Both the position numbers and the translations under genes were made by a program. Shown one piece after another: positions 37,819 to 52,051 of a DNA stretch of 64,000 bases. The number at the start of each line of letters is the position of its first letter. Position 1 is the first letter of the stretch. A model generated the notes under the pieces. It was not told where the DNA came from and did no database searches. It saw nothing but the letters and a program-made list of their open reading frames with translations. Origin of the DNA: Antedon mediterranea (lineage: Eukaryota; Animalia; Echinodermata); contig NC_092679.1 in NCBI RefSeq assembly GCF_964355755.1, positions 22,923,432 through 22,987,431 of the forward strand, read 5' to 3'.

Positions 37819-38118
37819 CTACAGCTGTGTGTATTGTGTTTCCAGTTACGATGTTTTATTATAGGGCGTACTGATGTACACATCATTTGCTATAGAAACA
37901 ATTATGGATCGATTTATACTCCTGGGTGTAAACAATCTTAATATTATATCTGATATCATAATATTAACTTTAACTGACTTGAAAATAACTCGTATCGTAG
38001 AACTCATCCTACAGCTGTGTGTACTGTACAATGCTACGATGTTTTACTGTAGGGCCTACACATCATTTGTTATTAAATATGGATCCATTTATACTCCTGG
38101 GTGTAAACAATCTTAATA
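37819..38118. repeat. Diverged direct duplication, period ~190 bp
   Basis: CTACAGCTGTGTGTA...TACGATGTTTTA...ATTTATACTCCTGGGTGTAAACAATCTTAATA occurs twice. Confidence 0.8.
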
Positions 38119-41100
38119 CCTGGATTAGAACCTAAACATTAACCATAATCCTATGGTGCCATCTGTAATCTAGCTGGATAAAGGACGAGTTATGGTCATT
38201 TATTTCTCATCCATTGCTGTAGGCCAGTGATTAGTAATAGAGAATGGGTGTGGCCAGTATACGAGGATAAGAAACGGAGGCTGGACTATAAATATTTTTC
38301 AAATACAGTAGAACCTCTCCTTTGAAACACCTCTATCTGGGGACAAACAGTATTAAGGCATGGGGAAATATTTCACACTTTCCTGTCAAACGGATAAGGG
38401 AATCTCATTCAAATGTGTAGAGCCTATCTGAACGTAAATGTTAAAAACACAATAAATAAGATGATGATGTGATGTGTCAATTATGCTATTAAAAAACAAT
38501 TGTATTCTTCAATGCAAATTGTTCCTGCAATATGTTCGTACACCATTTCCGTCTTGAGATTAGAAATTAATTACCCAATCAAATGTAATCCGGAATCAAT
38601 TCAAATTAATTTATTTCTTCGTTTTTATTCGTTCGCATTTTCACGGTAAGGTAGCAATTATCACCGGTATTATTAGGTTAACATGTTATATAAATTGAAT
38701 TTTTGTTTTTACAGTACGCTAAGAATGAAAGAGTTGTACTCAATGGACATCAGAAAAGCGGCAAAGGACTATTTTACCATTCAGTATGTGCACATGACTG
38801 TAGACACGGGACGTTCATTTTTTTTCGATTGTTCGCAGGCTACAACTCAGATCTCAGATACAGTACCGGTATGCCTATTTATAGGAACTAGAAAAGAATT
38901 TTAAAAACTCAGATATCTGAGTTTTCCAGATCTTTCGAACACAAAATAAACCTACTAAAAAGTATATATATTTATTTATTCTTGATTTAGGCTTATTTTT
39001 GCTGCTTATTTATCAATTTAGCTGGACTGTTTTGTAGGGCTATACAAATCGAGTTTCTATTTGTTCGAAATATTAAATTGATTGTCAACAAAAGTCCATT
39101 TAGGCCTAATTCACAAGGGATAACAACCTATATTTAGCTAGGAATCGGGTCCAAATTCTGTAGTGACCTAGCCGTGTCTGGTCGTCTCCAGGGCACATCC
39201 AATGCACTCATCAGGACGCTATTCTTCGCGCCGCTGCTTCTAATATTTTTCATCGTTGACAGTTCGATTTGCGGGGTCATTCAATTACCTCGGGGTTAAA
39301 CGACATGCGGTAAATCTGAAAACCATATCAATCATTAAATGAAAAAGGTGATAACTAATTGTGATCACTTTATACAACATATGACGAAATTACAAAACAC
39401 CGAAAATGAATCTGATACTTCAATGATTCTGCTCAAGTTCAGATAAGGACTACATCAGGTCAGTTATGCAATGATGTACATCTATGGAAAAACTCATCTG
39501 ATGATTTAAAAAAAAACAGCAGAATATTTTTCAGTCAGTCTGACTGTCATCCTGTCCTCAATTATCTGTTCCAATATTAATCATGTGCTACTATGCTAAC
39601 TTTTATAGCATTGTATATATACAGTGAAGTATGTTCGTATGTTGAATGTAGTGCAGATATATTAATATATATTACGTTAAAATGTTGAAGAATTTAAACA
39701 AACTTTCTGTACCTACATTCACAGGAAAATAACTCACAAAATGTCCACAATGCATATACATTATTTGGCTCAATACAAACATCTTGAACTCAAAAGTATG
39801 GAACTAATTCACCATGATTTATTGCTAAATTAATAACAAGGAATGTAAGGTAGAAACAAATAACTAGAGAGAGGTTACACTGTACTATCAAGTAGTTTAA
39901 GTAACTTATAAATAACACGAAACAAAACAGAGAATTAATATTTGTGGTTTTAGGTTTAATTGTACGAGTCTATTGAGAAAGTTCACACTCTTCTCGAGAG
40001 ATTTGAGCATCGGATTTGTGAATTTCGGCCCTTCTTTTATGTGAGAGGGTCAAGCATTATATTCTGAGTACAGACTATATATCAACATAAAAACACACGT
40101 GGCGTTTGTAACTTGTGCAGAACTGTACTGTGTAGGCCTATATGTTCAAACGTGGTTACCGATTTCCAGGTCATAAAATAGATTTGAACCCATTACTAAC
40201 CGTATGTCCAGTGTTTCTTTTTACTCTATAGAATTGGGTGTGTCACACATTCTATTCGTCATTCATGTTTACATAATGTAGGCCTATTATGTACAGTTAG
40301 TAGGCCTTCATGCAACAAAATCCATTAGGCTATAGTGTCTACTTTAACTAAACTCTTTTATCATTTTCATCTACTTTTCATTAACATTTTACTTTACATA
40401 ACATTTCATTTTTTTCAGTAAGTTGAAATTATGTTTTCTTCTCTGAACTTTTTTGTTCTCCTGTAAACAATTTATAATTTTAGCAAGTTAGGACATAATA
40501 CTTTCGCGAACCCAGATTTCGATGTCCAAGGGGTCATCTAAAGTTTTAAGGTCAAGTTCATTCTTGCTGAACTACCAAAGCAAGGATATAAGATGATAAT
40601 TTTAGAAACAGAACATTGAGTTTGTGACCCGAGTATGTAGATTTAAATTGAAAAGTAAATTTACATGCAGTAAAAAGAAAACAATATGACTATGCATACA
40701 ATTGCTTATTCAAACACGGTTAACGTATCGTAATCGATAGGTCTATGGTAAAGAAGCTCAGTATAAATATGCCATTAATAATGAGTCTGTTTTAATTACA
40801 GTTTATTGTACCTATTATTAGTTTTAATTGTCAAGGCGATGTCTTTTATTCGTTGTTTTGAATTAAAACACAGTGAGTGCATCCTTTTACAAGTGAAGGT
40901 TACAATGAGTATAGAGTTGTGTAAATCATTGGTAAAAATGTATTATGAATCTTGTTGAAGATGTGAAAAAGATGAGAGGATAATATTATAAGCTTTACTA
41001 AAGGATGAACAACGACGATGATGATGACATATGTATTGGTGGTTTTGAAGATATCTACGAAGATAATTTAACTTACGACACCAACCGAAAGTAATATCAT

Positions 41101-44100
41101 TATATGTTGATAACAAAACCATTATTAACCAAAAATAATAATAACAAGGACTGTAGTCTCAATACTGTACCATATAACTCGTTTCAAGTAATTCAGTAAA
41201 CAGGTTTTATTATCACTATCGTTACCAAATAATTACAAAATGTAAAATCTCAATAAAATCACATTGCAAAAATTTTTGTTTTGCTTAGCATATTTATAGA
41301 GATATAAAAATGTTGTCAGGGTGGTCCATTAACATCATTATGGACCCCAAACAATTACGCAAGCGTTAGGCATAATACATTCATTATCATTTAGGTCACA
41401 GACTTACCTTGGTTTTATCGTAACTACCAACAACAGCAGAGAAAATAAAGAAGATAACAATATACCATATTTTGGAAAGAATGCAATTAGATTAGGTCTA
41501 TCTATCTATATACCGTAATAATATCAACATGTTCCGATTTTGAAATAGGCATACAGTTTTGTTTACTGTCATTGATTGATTCTAAATAGTAATACAACTC
41601 ATCATCATCAGCAGTGAGTCACTAATGAGTTTAACAACCCTCAATCTCAAACTCCAAAACTTTTTAAAATATAAGGACGTAATCCAATAATATAAAACTG
41701 GAAAATATATCCTACCTTTTATATAACTAAAAGTATATTCCATAAATGTCAAACTTGAAATCCTAGTAAACGTTTTAAATCCAACCAGTTGTCAGAACTT
41801 CCCAATCCGATCCTTCCGATCCGAACTCCACGAACTGTCTGATTGGAAGTGCGTCGATCTTCGTTTGAAGTTGGCAGAGTACTGTAGATCACAACAGCAA
41901 TCAAAATAGCAGACGATAAAAGTGTGACGTTGGAAATGCTCGAGTACCCACAAGCAACCGGAGCTAATACAGGCACTTGTAACAAATCATCAATTGACAA
42001 TATTAACCGCATGTACTTCCTCAAGTCCGTGAACTATTCTCAATAGAGGTCCGAAGAAAACACTTTTATTTAACCTACCACAATGATAATTACTACGATC
42101 TGTCTGTACAGTAGTCCTTCTAATAAGACAAATAGTGGATACAATGTTTAATAGCAGAGATGCGGGCAGAGATGACGACGAGAAGCCGCACTTATGTTCA
42201 TATTTAACGACTGTCAGAAATACACATTCATACTGTACGAGAATAGTATATTAAACCCGGGCTCAGCCCGGTGACTCAGAATATATAGGTTTTTAATATA
42301 AGGTGTTTTCTCAACGGTATTATTTATATCTATTGATATGCTAATAGGGGAACGTTATGAAAGGTTGGGTGAATTTGTACAAAAGCAGAATAAGAAGGCT
42401 TGAACGGTAGAAGTGCAACCGAGCTTGGTACGAAAGGTCTCTTTTGTAGTTTTATTCAATGAGAGTTCAATTGATTTAGTTGACGTAAGAGAAGAGAGCC
42501 AGAATCGTTTATATTTTGTTGACATTCAGTAGGTCTATGCTTTTATATTTGAGGGTTAAACGCTGTAAGCGTCATAATACTAAAGCACTTTTCCCGCTGT
42601 ATACTAAAACAGTAAATTCAATGACACCGAACATTTTTACAATCGTTCATACATACATCGCAAATACATCATGTACGCTACGCTATGAGCACTTATTCTT
42701 ATTACGCTATGTACACTACGTTAGGTACGGTACAATATAGGCCTACTTTTGTGCAGTCTATGCTGTAAATTACAATGGAAGAAAAAACAGCAAATAAACA
42801 GTACAGAATAAACAAAAGTTACTTAACAACCTAAGCAATAGTTAACTAAAAAACAAAAAGCTCATTCTATTTTTTTTAAAGTTTCGATTCAGCTAGAAAA
42901 TTGCCGTTAACGGAACTTAAAGAGAAGTTCCAACAACATTAGCAGAAGTAATTGTTGATGCGTGTATCCCATATCTTCCTTCGGTAAATACAATATTTCT
43001 ACCCGAATTGAAAGAGGGATATTTTTACCATAGTTACACGTTACACCATGGACCTATACATTAGTTGGATCCATGATTCGGGCCATGATTTGACTACCAA
43101 CCAGAGTCAATTTCTAGATTTTATCATAGGTTGGTTACCCCACCTTAGGCCGTATGAAATAGTTGTAATGTGTTGACCTTAGGACCTACTTATGTAGGAC
43201 TTATTGGGTATTCTGCTGCAGGTTATGAATGAATGAAACGAAACACTGGATCACAATAATTATTAAAAGCGTCATTCATGCAAAAGATAAAACGATTTTC
43301 TTCTTAATTAAACAAAGAGGTCATTCGTAACAATTATATTATATTATTCTTCTCCTCCTGGTAACGGAACTTCGTCGTCAAAAGTTACGAATACATCACC
43401 TGACCTTCAATCATGCCCGGAGTCCATCAGCTAAAATTAATTAAAGCTTAATTAACTAAGAAACAATTTAAAAGCACCTTATAATACACTTAATTTGGTA
43501 TAGTTTAAAAGGTAATGTGGTTGCACTTTATATTAGGTTGATTCATGTTTGAAGGACACATCATCGAATTAATTTCACTTTTTGCCATGTAGAGTATATC
43601 TTTACTTCCATTGGTAGGCCTATTTGGAGAAGAAGTATTGATTATATAACATGGAATATAGATTTACTCCATGATTATATACGGCAATGGGTTAAACCCT
43701 GGAAGAGTGAAATTGTAATTCACTCTTTCCTAGTTAAACAAAGTGATGATGTTTGCTAGACAGAAAAAAAAAATAGCCAGCTATTTGATTAATATTTATT
43801 ATTTAATATTTATATCGAGGCGAAGATGAGCTGTTGAATTAAGGTTAGATGTTCATCGAATTGTATCCCATTCAACGAAAAATATATATTTTTTCTCCAC
43901 GATATAATTCTTTCTTTGTTTTATTACAAACCTCTATCTTCTTTACTAAATGATGAGCATAGAATAGTACCGATAGGCCTATACCTTCAATCGTTGAAAT
44001 GGGAGAAATTAATACACGTGTTACAGAATCAACATGGCAAGGATACACTTATATGCGTGTTATCACTGTCATTTAACGTAGGCCGTAATGGTATACAGTA

Positions 44101-44914
44101 GTTTAAAATGTATAGGCCTAATTAGCTTATCAAATAAATAATATTTAGCAAGTATAAAATAGAGTACACCGGTACTTTATAAATTTAAACATTAAAATCC
44201 ACCCCATGGTTTACAAGTCTTTGGGCGCAACTTTTATGAGAACAGTGAGCACTTGGAGATAAAATAAAACATTTTAAAGCTTTTTCTCATTTTTATTATT
44301 AACACACCAACGGTAATAATATCATCACACTTCACTACTACAGTAAACTTAAATTACGCTTTACGAAATTCTAACATTAAAATAAACAAAATTTATAAAA
44401 GTAATTGCAACTTTCAAATCATAATATTTCTATACAAATGTAATAAACTTTTTAAAACACAAATACAATAATAGCATTGATAAAACATAATACAGTATTG
44501 AGTTAAAATTGATAATAAATATTTGTGTAAATAAAGTGATAACGTTAAATTTGAGCATTTATTTGGCTTAATGTTAAATTTAGACATTGTAGCGGGAAAT
44601 TGTAAAAGAGTAAAGTTTGAATGAATGAATTTTAATTAAACTCTTTCTCAGTTCTGTACTATGCGGTTTATATTTTTATATGGCTTACTAAAAAGCGTGA
44701 TCAAAATACCGATTTGTTTGACATTCATGAGCTGCCAATGTATTGGCATTTATCATAATAATATAACATAATATATCACATATATAAGATATTCATATAT
44801 TAATCAAATAGGAATAGCCTTGACATTTTGAAATTTAGAAAAAAAATCGAGTTATTTTTAAATGACAACAAAATAAACAAAACGTTATAAAGATCGGAAA
44901 TTGTCTTTGTAATA

Positions 44915-46105
44915 CAATAGAACACCCCTTTTGGAACACAATCACATTCAGGGTTCACAATCACATTCAGGGTTCACAATCACATTCAGGGTTCACAATC
45001 ACATTCAGGGTTCACAATCACATTCAGGGTTCACAATCACATTCAGGGTTCACAATCACATTCAGGGTTCACAATCACATTCAGGGTTCACAATCACATT
45101 CAGGGTTCACAATCACATTCAGGGTTCACAATCACATTCAGGGTTCACAATCACATTCAGGGTTCACAATCACATTCAGGGTTCACAATCACATTCAGGG
45201 TTCACAATCACATTCAGGGTTCACAATCACATTCAGGGTTCACAATCACATTCAGGGTTCACAATCACATTCAGGGTTCACTATCAAATTCAGGGTTCAC
45301 TATCAAATTCAGGGTTCACTATCACATTCAGGGTTCACTATCACATTCAGGGTTCACAATCACATTCAGGGTTCACAATCACATTCAGGGTTCACAATCA
45401 CATTCAGGGTTCACTATCACATTCAGGGTTCACTATCACATTCAGGGTTCACAATCACATTCAGGGTTCACAATCACATTCAGGGTTCACAATCACATTC
45501 AGGGTTCACAATCACATTCAGGGTTCACAATCACATTCAGGGTTCACAATCACATTCAGGGTTCACAATCACATTCAGGGTTCACAATCACATTCAGGGT
45601 TCACAATCACATTCAGGGTTCACAATCACATTCAGGGTTCACAATCACATTCAGGGTTCACAATCACATTCAGGGTTCACAATCACATTCAGGGTTCACA
45701 ATCACATTCAGGGTTCACAATCACATTCAGGGTTCACAATCACATTCAGGGTTCACAATCACATTCAGGGTTCACAATCACATTCAGGGTTCACAATCAC
45801 ATTCAGGGTTCACTATCACATTCAGGGTTCTTCACAATCACATTCAGGGTTCACAATCACATTCAGGGTTCACAATCACATTCAGGGTTCACTCACTATT
45901 CTTATATCTTTCCCGCGAAAAGAACAAGGGAAAATATATGTTTGAACACGACGGCTAACCCTTATGCAGTGGACACCCCAGGGGACACTTTCCTGTGAAA
46001 CGAAAGAATGGTATCCATTTAAACAAATCGGTTAACTCCTCAGGAGACACCCCTATTCAAAATAAACTTTTTTTGGAGTCCTTTATAGGGGTTGGGCCTA
46101 CACTG
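44915..46105. mobile_element. Degenerate pogo/Tc1-like MITE hosting the 19-bp minisatellite
   Basis: TA|CAATAGAAC start and CACTG|TA end. Internal GAACAAGGG..ATGTTT and GGGGACAC motifs are shared with relatives near 19219, 21180, 31017, 38306, 51743 and 53145. Confidence 0.55.
44937..45892. repeat. 19-bp minisatellite, ~50 copies
   Basis: Unit CACAATCACATTCAGGGTT, very homogeneous. It explains the 355-aa ORF. Confidence 0.98.
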
Positions 46106-47060
46106 TATAAATATATATCATTCATGAATCATACAATTCCTTTTCAACATAGCATTCTTCAAATGAAACGAACACTGTCCAAATAGGAAGCAAAAGATTG
46201 GGGAATAAGGTTTACATATTAAAGTAGGTAGAGCCTACGGTACCTAAACAAAGTGGAATCGAAATAATACAACGAGTTGTGCCTAAACCCGGATTGAACT
46301 TTATCAATAGACATTACCTGTACGTAGTTTTTGTGCGTGTATTTGCATTACAAATTATACAGAAACGAATACCGTTGGGTAAATACCAGGAGAAAATACA
46401 TATTTAATTTGGGATATTGGGTTCTATGCCTATCAACAAATAAAGGCCAATTACACCGATACTAGAATCGATGTCCATACTTTTATATTTTATTTTTTAA
46501 GACTTCAGCTTTGAAATGTTTTGCACAATATGTATAGTAGACCCAGGCCTATATATATTTTTAGATATTTTATTTGTTCTAAAAAAGTTTTAAAAGGAAT
46601 TGTTTAAAAAATTGAAAGTAACGCGTAGATAAATTTGTGCGATTTTTTGCGAGTTGTTTTGCAAGCAATAAGAAAGAAGGGTAAACTGTTTTAAAACTGC
46701 GTTTAATATGCGTGCCGTATAAATTGCCATAGTTTTAGAATATGTAGAAATTTAAATTTGCGAGTAGACATTATCAAAAAATCCTTTCTTGTACGCTACT
46801 TTCTCTTACTACAATAATCAAGGGAAAAAAACACCCAAATGACAATTAAAAAAATAGCAAAAAAAAAACAAAACCAAATTACAGTTTACACTCTAAAATT
46901 TGAAATCTCTTCAACCGTAGGCCTACTTACTTAAAATTGTACAATTAATATAGTATAGCTTAAAAGCATTTGCACTTCAATAAAAGTTATCGTTACCACA
47001 AGTTGATCTTTACTATCGATAAATTTACATACTACTATATTCCGTGAAGCCGTTTTTAAA

Positions 47061-47201
47061 AGCTTGGTTCCCACTAGCGACGCAACGTAAGTGATTTGAC
47101 CAATCGCAAGCGATGGATTATTCGAACAGTGGCTTGTCATTGGTCAACTCGCATGCGTTGCGCGTACGGCGTCGCGTTGCGTCTCTAGTGGGAACCACGC
47201 T
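47061..47201. mobile_element. Harbinger-like MITE, same family as 13274-13634
   Basis: Identical TIRs AGCTTGGTTCCCACTAG / CTAGTGGGAACCACGCT with a diverged interior. Confidence 0.85.
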
Positions 47202-47204
47202 TAA

Positions 47205-48182
47205 AGATGTATTGTCCCTTGAAACACAAAAAAATGAAGGTCAAAATATACTAAATTTTAATTGGCCATATCAAAAGTAATATTAAAGTTATTCACTTTA
47301 AGTCGAGAATTCGAGCCAAAAACAACACTTTTACGTAATTAACAGCTAAATTAATTTGATTACATTTCGTCTGGAAAATAGTCGCGAGCGAAAGTAAACA
47401 AAGATTTCAAACCATGAGTATACATTATGCATGATGCTAATTAGGATAAATTTTATTTCTGGTGATCTATCTATTAAGGTTCAATGTCTTATGAAGCACG
47501 TTATTCCATAAAAATAACTCTCACGACATTTATGCTGTATTTGACAGTTATTGTAAAATGTACACAAGCCGTGCTTGGAAATTAAGAAGTGCAATTGTAT
47601 TACAACTTTGAACTGTTTTATTAAAAAAAAGTGTGTTCTTTTCCATTGATGTTGCAAAATTAGTAGTTGTATTAGCGTAGTTTTAGTTTCTAAATAAGTT
47701 TTGTAATAGCGTCGAGTCAAATTTTATGTCATTATCTCAAATATGATTTATTTTCGTTTCAGTTTTTATTTTTCATTGTTTTTGTATTGAATTTTGTAAT
47801 TGGTATGGACGCACCATCTACGCATGTGTGTCACTGTTAAAAAAAGTGTTGTTCCAAATAAATATTATTATTATTATTATTATTATTATTGTTTACAACT
47901 CGTCACGGTTGAGAGAGGGTGTTTCACACAGATCACGAGGAAGTTTTATGATTATGTATACAGAGTAGCCAAATAAGCGCATTGCATTATAAAATATAAG
48001 ATATGTTTTGATCGAAAACTTATTTTTTGAACCAAAAAACGTCTGTATTTCAGTTATATTATTTTTGTTTCAACTAATTTTTGGTGAAAGTTAATAACTA
48101 TCATAATACTTCAAAATGACCCACTTTTTTTCGAAATCTTTTTATTTTTATTTTTTTGAAATTTGACAAAGGGACAACATCT
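47205..48182. mobile_element. Kolobok-type non-autonomous element (~980 bp)
   Basis: TTAA on both sides, TIRs AGATGTATTGTCCCTTTG / CAAAGGGACAACATCT with AG..CT termini. Solo left ends at ~5999 and ~23891. Confidence 0.75.
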
Positions 48183-49461
48183 TTAAATAATGGAAATCCA
48201 TTATAAAGAATCTGTGACGTACGGTAACCAGTAGCCTTTATCACGGATTTCGAGAACATTCTTAATGTTATTAAAATTGCTTCAAAGCATAAATATTTAT
48301 CCTAAAATTGGCGGTTACAAGTATTTTTAATTCTAGAGTGAATCACTGAATCATATACCATGCAATATAACACTCTTCTACACCCCCGTTCTAGACCCAC
48401 AAAATAATAAACATATTTCACAATGACATTCACCAAACAATAGAATCTACAAAAAAAACCAATTAGATATAATATTAATATTAGTCTTCAATTCAATACC
48501 CTCTTCGCTATTTAACCACATCTTTACTATTTACAATAAAAATTACACCATTTCAATACTTTCTGTTTTACAATAAACAAACAACGTCTGGACGTAACAT
48601 CGTGACGTCTGGACTTAACTCCTACGCTTTTACATGTTACAGTTATTTTAACAAGTTCCCGAAAATTAAAACAATAGAAGTGAAATCAATTATGAAATAT
48701 CAAACAATTGTTTCCATTAAAAGTAGTTTTAAATTTACCGTTTAAAAAAAAACAAAGCAAAGTTCAATATGCAGTGTCTCTACAATGTAATTTCTTTCAA
48801 TAAATAAAATTTTATAATTATTGGTTTGCACACTCAATTATTTTCTTTTCGATAATACTTTGTGGATAGTACTAAATTTGTAAAGTTATACTTTAAATAA
48901 ATGTAAAAAATACATATAGCACATACATCGTACACGGTATCTTTACAAGGTATGTATTGTATATGGAGGTCAGGGTTCAAATCCCACATCCAGTACAATT
49001 ATGTCAGAGTAGGGCAACCCATCTGACTTGCTGTTAGAAAAAGTCGGTTCCAAGTTTGTAAAATAAAAAATTGTGCGAACTAAAAAACACACAATTAAGA
49101 ACATTTTGATGTTAAAAAAAACGACAGAAACATCTCACCCTGTACAATTGACTGTCTCTTATTTCTAGAAAATAATGTAGAATAGTTTAAAGAGGTTCAC
49201 ACTCTGTATTAATTACAGGAAAATTTAATATTTAGGAAGAGGATATTGACAGGGTATTCCAAAAGTATAACAATGTGTTATAGCACCCTTATGTAAATTA
49301 TTTATCTTTCAAAATAGCACAACTGGTAAAATACAAAACGTAGCTAGAATAAGTACATTATTATATTTGTTGGGGAGAGGGGTATCCCTTGTATTGTACC
49401 ATATAAATGATTGATTGTTTGTTGTCTTTGTGTATAGTATCGAAATAAATCAAATCAAATA

Positions 49462-49579
49462 AGCTTGACAAAAAAAAGTGTAATGTGCCCAAATATGGTG
49501 GTGATATGATGTTATCGTGTCCATATATGGGCACATCACATTTTTTTGTCACATAAAGTTTGATAGTGTAGACAAGGCT
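49462..49579. mobile_element. MITE family A, left TIR partly deleted
   Basis: Shared interior and right TIR AGTTTGATAGTGTAGACAAGGCT. Confidence 0.8.
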
Positions 49580-50667
49580 TTAGGTTGGTTACATGGGATG
49601 GATGACAACCAGTGTCAGACAAACCCATCCCATATTTTCCAACTAAAACAGTATAGCATAAAAATCAAATTGAATGCCTAGAATCCAAACTTAAAAAAGT
49701 ATTAAAATTATGCGATGATAGGCTAATATTATATTATTATCACACACTTTTCAATTATTAATTTTTAATTTGAGTTTCATTTTACAATCAAGTTTCCAGT
49801 CACAAATTAATTGTTTTTTTATATTATATTTAATAAATAGCATTAAGATTCAATATCTTGTTAACAATATATACACTAGGAACTTCAAAGTTCATTTAAA
49901 TTGAAGGAGTTCATGTTTGGCTTTATACAGTAAGGTCATAGGTCATATTTGGAAGGCAAGGCATTGTGGGAAATATATTCTACTAATGATATGACCTAAT
50001 TTGCAGCATTTGTTAAAGTTGTATTTTTATATTACTGTACTTAAAACCATTATATAGGTTTAAACGTAAAAGTCAAAAGTAAGGTTTAAACATTATTTTA
50101 CTGCAATTTATTCATAGGATTACTGCAGTAACCTACTAACCAAGTTACAGCAGTTCAATTGTAGTTTACTATTGTATTAAACTGAAGTACCAGTTATATG
50201 TACTTTGGGCCACTGGCCTATGTGCTGCAGAAGAAGTATATTGCTATGAAAATACTACTTAATTCAAGTAATGAAAAACAGGTAATTACTGCAGTAACTG
50301 CAGTAAAATAATGTGTTCCTTAGGTTCCTTAATTTGGCAGTAGGTATATAAATGAGTATTAGCACCATAAGAGTGTATTCTTCAATTTGCGTTGTATCAT
50401 TCTGAGTTCAATGTCTCCGTGGAAGTTTATTTCTTTTCTATCATCGAGGGCTGATTTTATTCTACTTCTCAACTCATCACCATTCAAGCATCAAGGGAAT
50501 AAAATCTAGTTATTGCTGCTTTCAAAGTCAGTAACCTTCTCAATCGATTTTCATTGTTTTGCCTTCATCACATCAGGGTAAGAAACCCCTAGCTACCAAT
50601 TCATCCTATCATACCATATCAAAATAACATACCCTTCAGGATTTTATCCTCTAGGCTATCGTTCCCC

Positions 50668-50790
50668 TTAATTCGACTTAATCCATCCGCTTCTTGTCAA
50701 GTAGTTCACGATACGTTTCCGATGCGTTAAGTTCAGATTGCCCGGAAAACGCGGCCTCGTTGAGATACCTTGTCTTCTGAGCAAGTAATC
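50668..50790 (-). CDS. TADA2B: Transcriptional adaptor 2-beta, last coding exon (DYLLRRQG...RIVNYLTRSGWIKSN*)
   Basis: CTTTTAG acceptor, phase 0. Matches the recalled TADA2B C-terminus (DHLQKRQG...RILNFLTESGWI). TAA at 50668-50670. Confidence 0.88.
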   Translation of the reverse strand, partial: DYLLRRQGISTRPRFPGNLNLTHRKRIVNYLTRSGWIKSN

Positions 50791-51546
50791 CTAAAAGATA
50801 ATTCATCACACAAAATCATCTTCAATATCAACATGAGATTTTAAAATAGTTTTAAAAAAACATCAGTCACAAGATTCGAAGTGATCTAGGATTACTGTGT
50901 AAGAAGAAATCATTAACGTAACAACTTTTGGCTATTACATTTATTGTAATTACCATAGAAATGTATTCAAAACATTAACTACAAGGGTATCTATTTAAAT
51001 ACCTAATAACTCTCCAGAATTAATTTTCCTTCTGAAGAACCGATATTCAGCGCAATAATATAAAAATAAATTAATATTTTATCTGTTTTTTAGTTTTCTT
51101 ACACATCTGCCCCAGTTATAAAGTGAGAAACAACCTGGGGTGAATGTACAGTAGGTTGATATATGGTAGAATCTATATGATATGATGTCCTTAGAATGAA
51201 CCCTGCAGGCTGTATACAAAGGCTTCATTGTATACATATTTACAATTAGGTTTAAGATAAGTTCAATTATCAGAAAGAATTATTTTAGTAAAATGTAATA
51301 TTTATTGAAGTCAAATTTATTTATTTAAAAAAAAATGTATGACATAATGTGAATAAGCGATGGATACACAACTTAGTTTGAAATAGAAGTTTAAGGTTAG
51401 AGGCTTGTTGTCTTCCTACTCTTTGCTCCTCCACTTTGCTTTGCCCCTCCCCTTCACTTGGCCCCTTCCCTTCGTTTTGCCCCTTCCCTTCGTTTTTCCC
51501 CTTCCTTTTTTATTGATTGGTTGATTAAATTATTAATCAAACTCAC

Positions 51547-51609
51547 CTTAACGATGATTGTCTTCAGCATAATGTACCTGCTAGCCTTCATTCTCATTGA
51601 GCTGCACAA
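51547..51609 (-). CDS. TADA2B: TADA2B exon (LCSSMRMKASRYIMLKTIIVK)
   Basis: 63 nt, phase 0-0, AAG|GTGAG donor. Matches recalled LCSSLNLSPARYVTVKTIIIK. Confidence 0.9.
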
Positions 51610-52051
51610 CTAAAAATAAAAGACGATTTAAAAACAGAGAACGCACATTATCATACCATACTTACAAAATATAGCAGAACCATGCCTTTGGGACACTTAA
51701 CTAAACCGGGTAAAAAAACGAGGGTAAAAATATAATACTACAGCGAATCTCAATTCAGAGGATACCTCTATTAAAGGGACACTTTGTTGGGTCCTGAATG
51801 TGTCCCTTTAATGTGACCATACAAGTATTAATGTGACATTTAATTAAACCCTCTGATTTAACTAATATTTATTAATCATCAAATGAAAAGATAAAAAAAC
51901 AGACTGATTACCATAACAATCTTATTAGTAAGCATGCTATTATCATTATTCAAAATATAAATTAATATTTCAAAAATATAGAATAAATTGACATGCAAAT
52001 GTATAGCATACTGTAGTTAATTAACCTCTGCTAGTATTAAGAGAAAATATG

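Noticed and set aside
44937-45892. Interstitial telomeric repeat or CRISPR-like array
   Set aside because: The unit contains TCAGGG but is 19 bp, not TTAGGG. None of the arrays in the window has unique spacers.
44931-45998. 355-aa His/Ser-rich ORF
   Set aside because: Translation of a stop-free 19-bp tandem repeat (19-aa period) with a TTG start; there is no evidence of coding.
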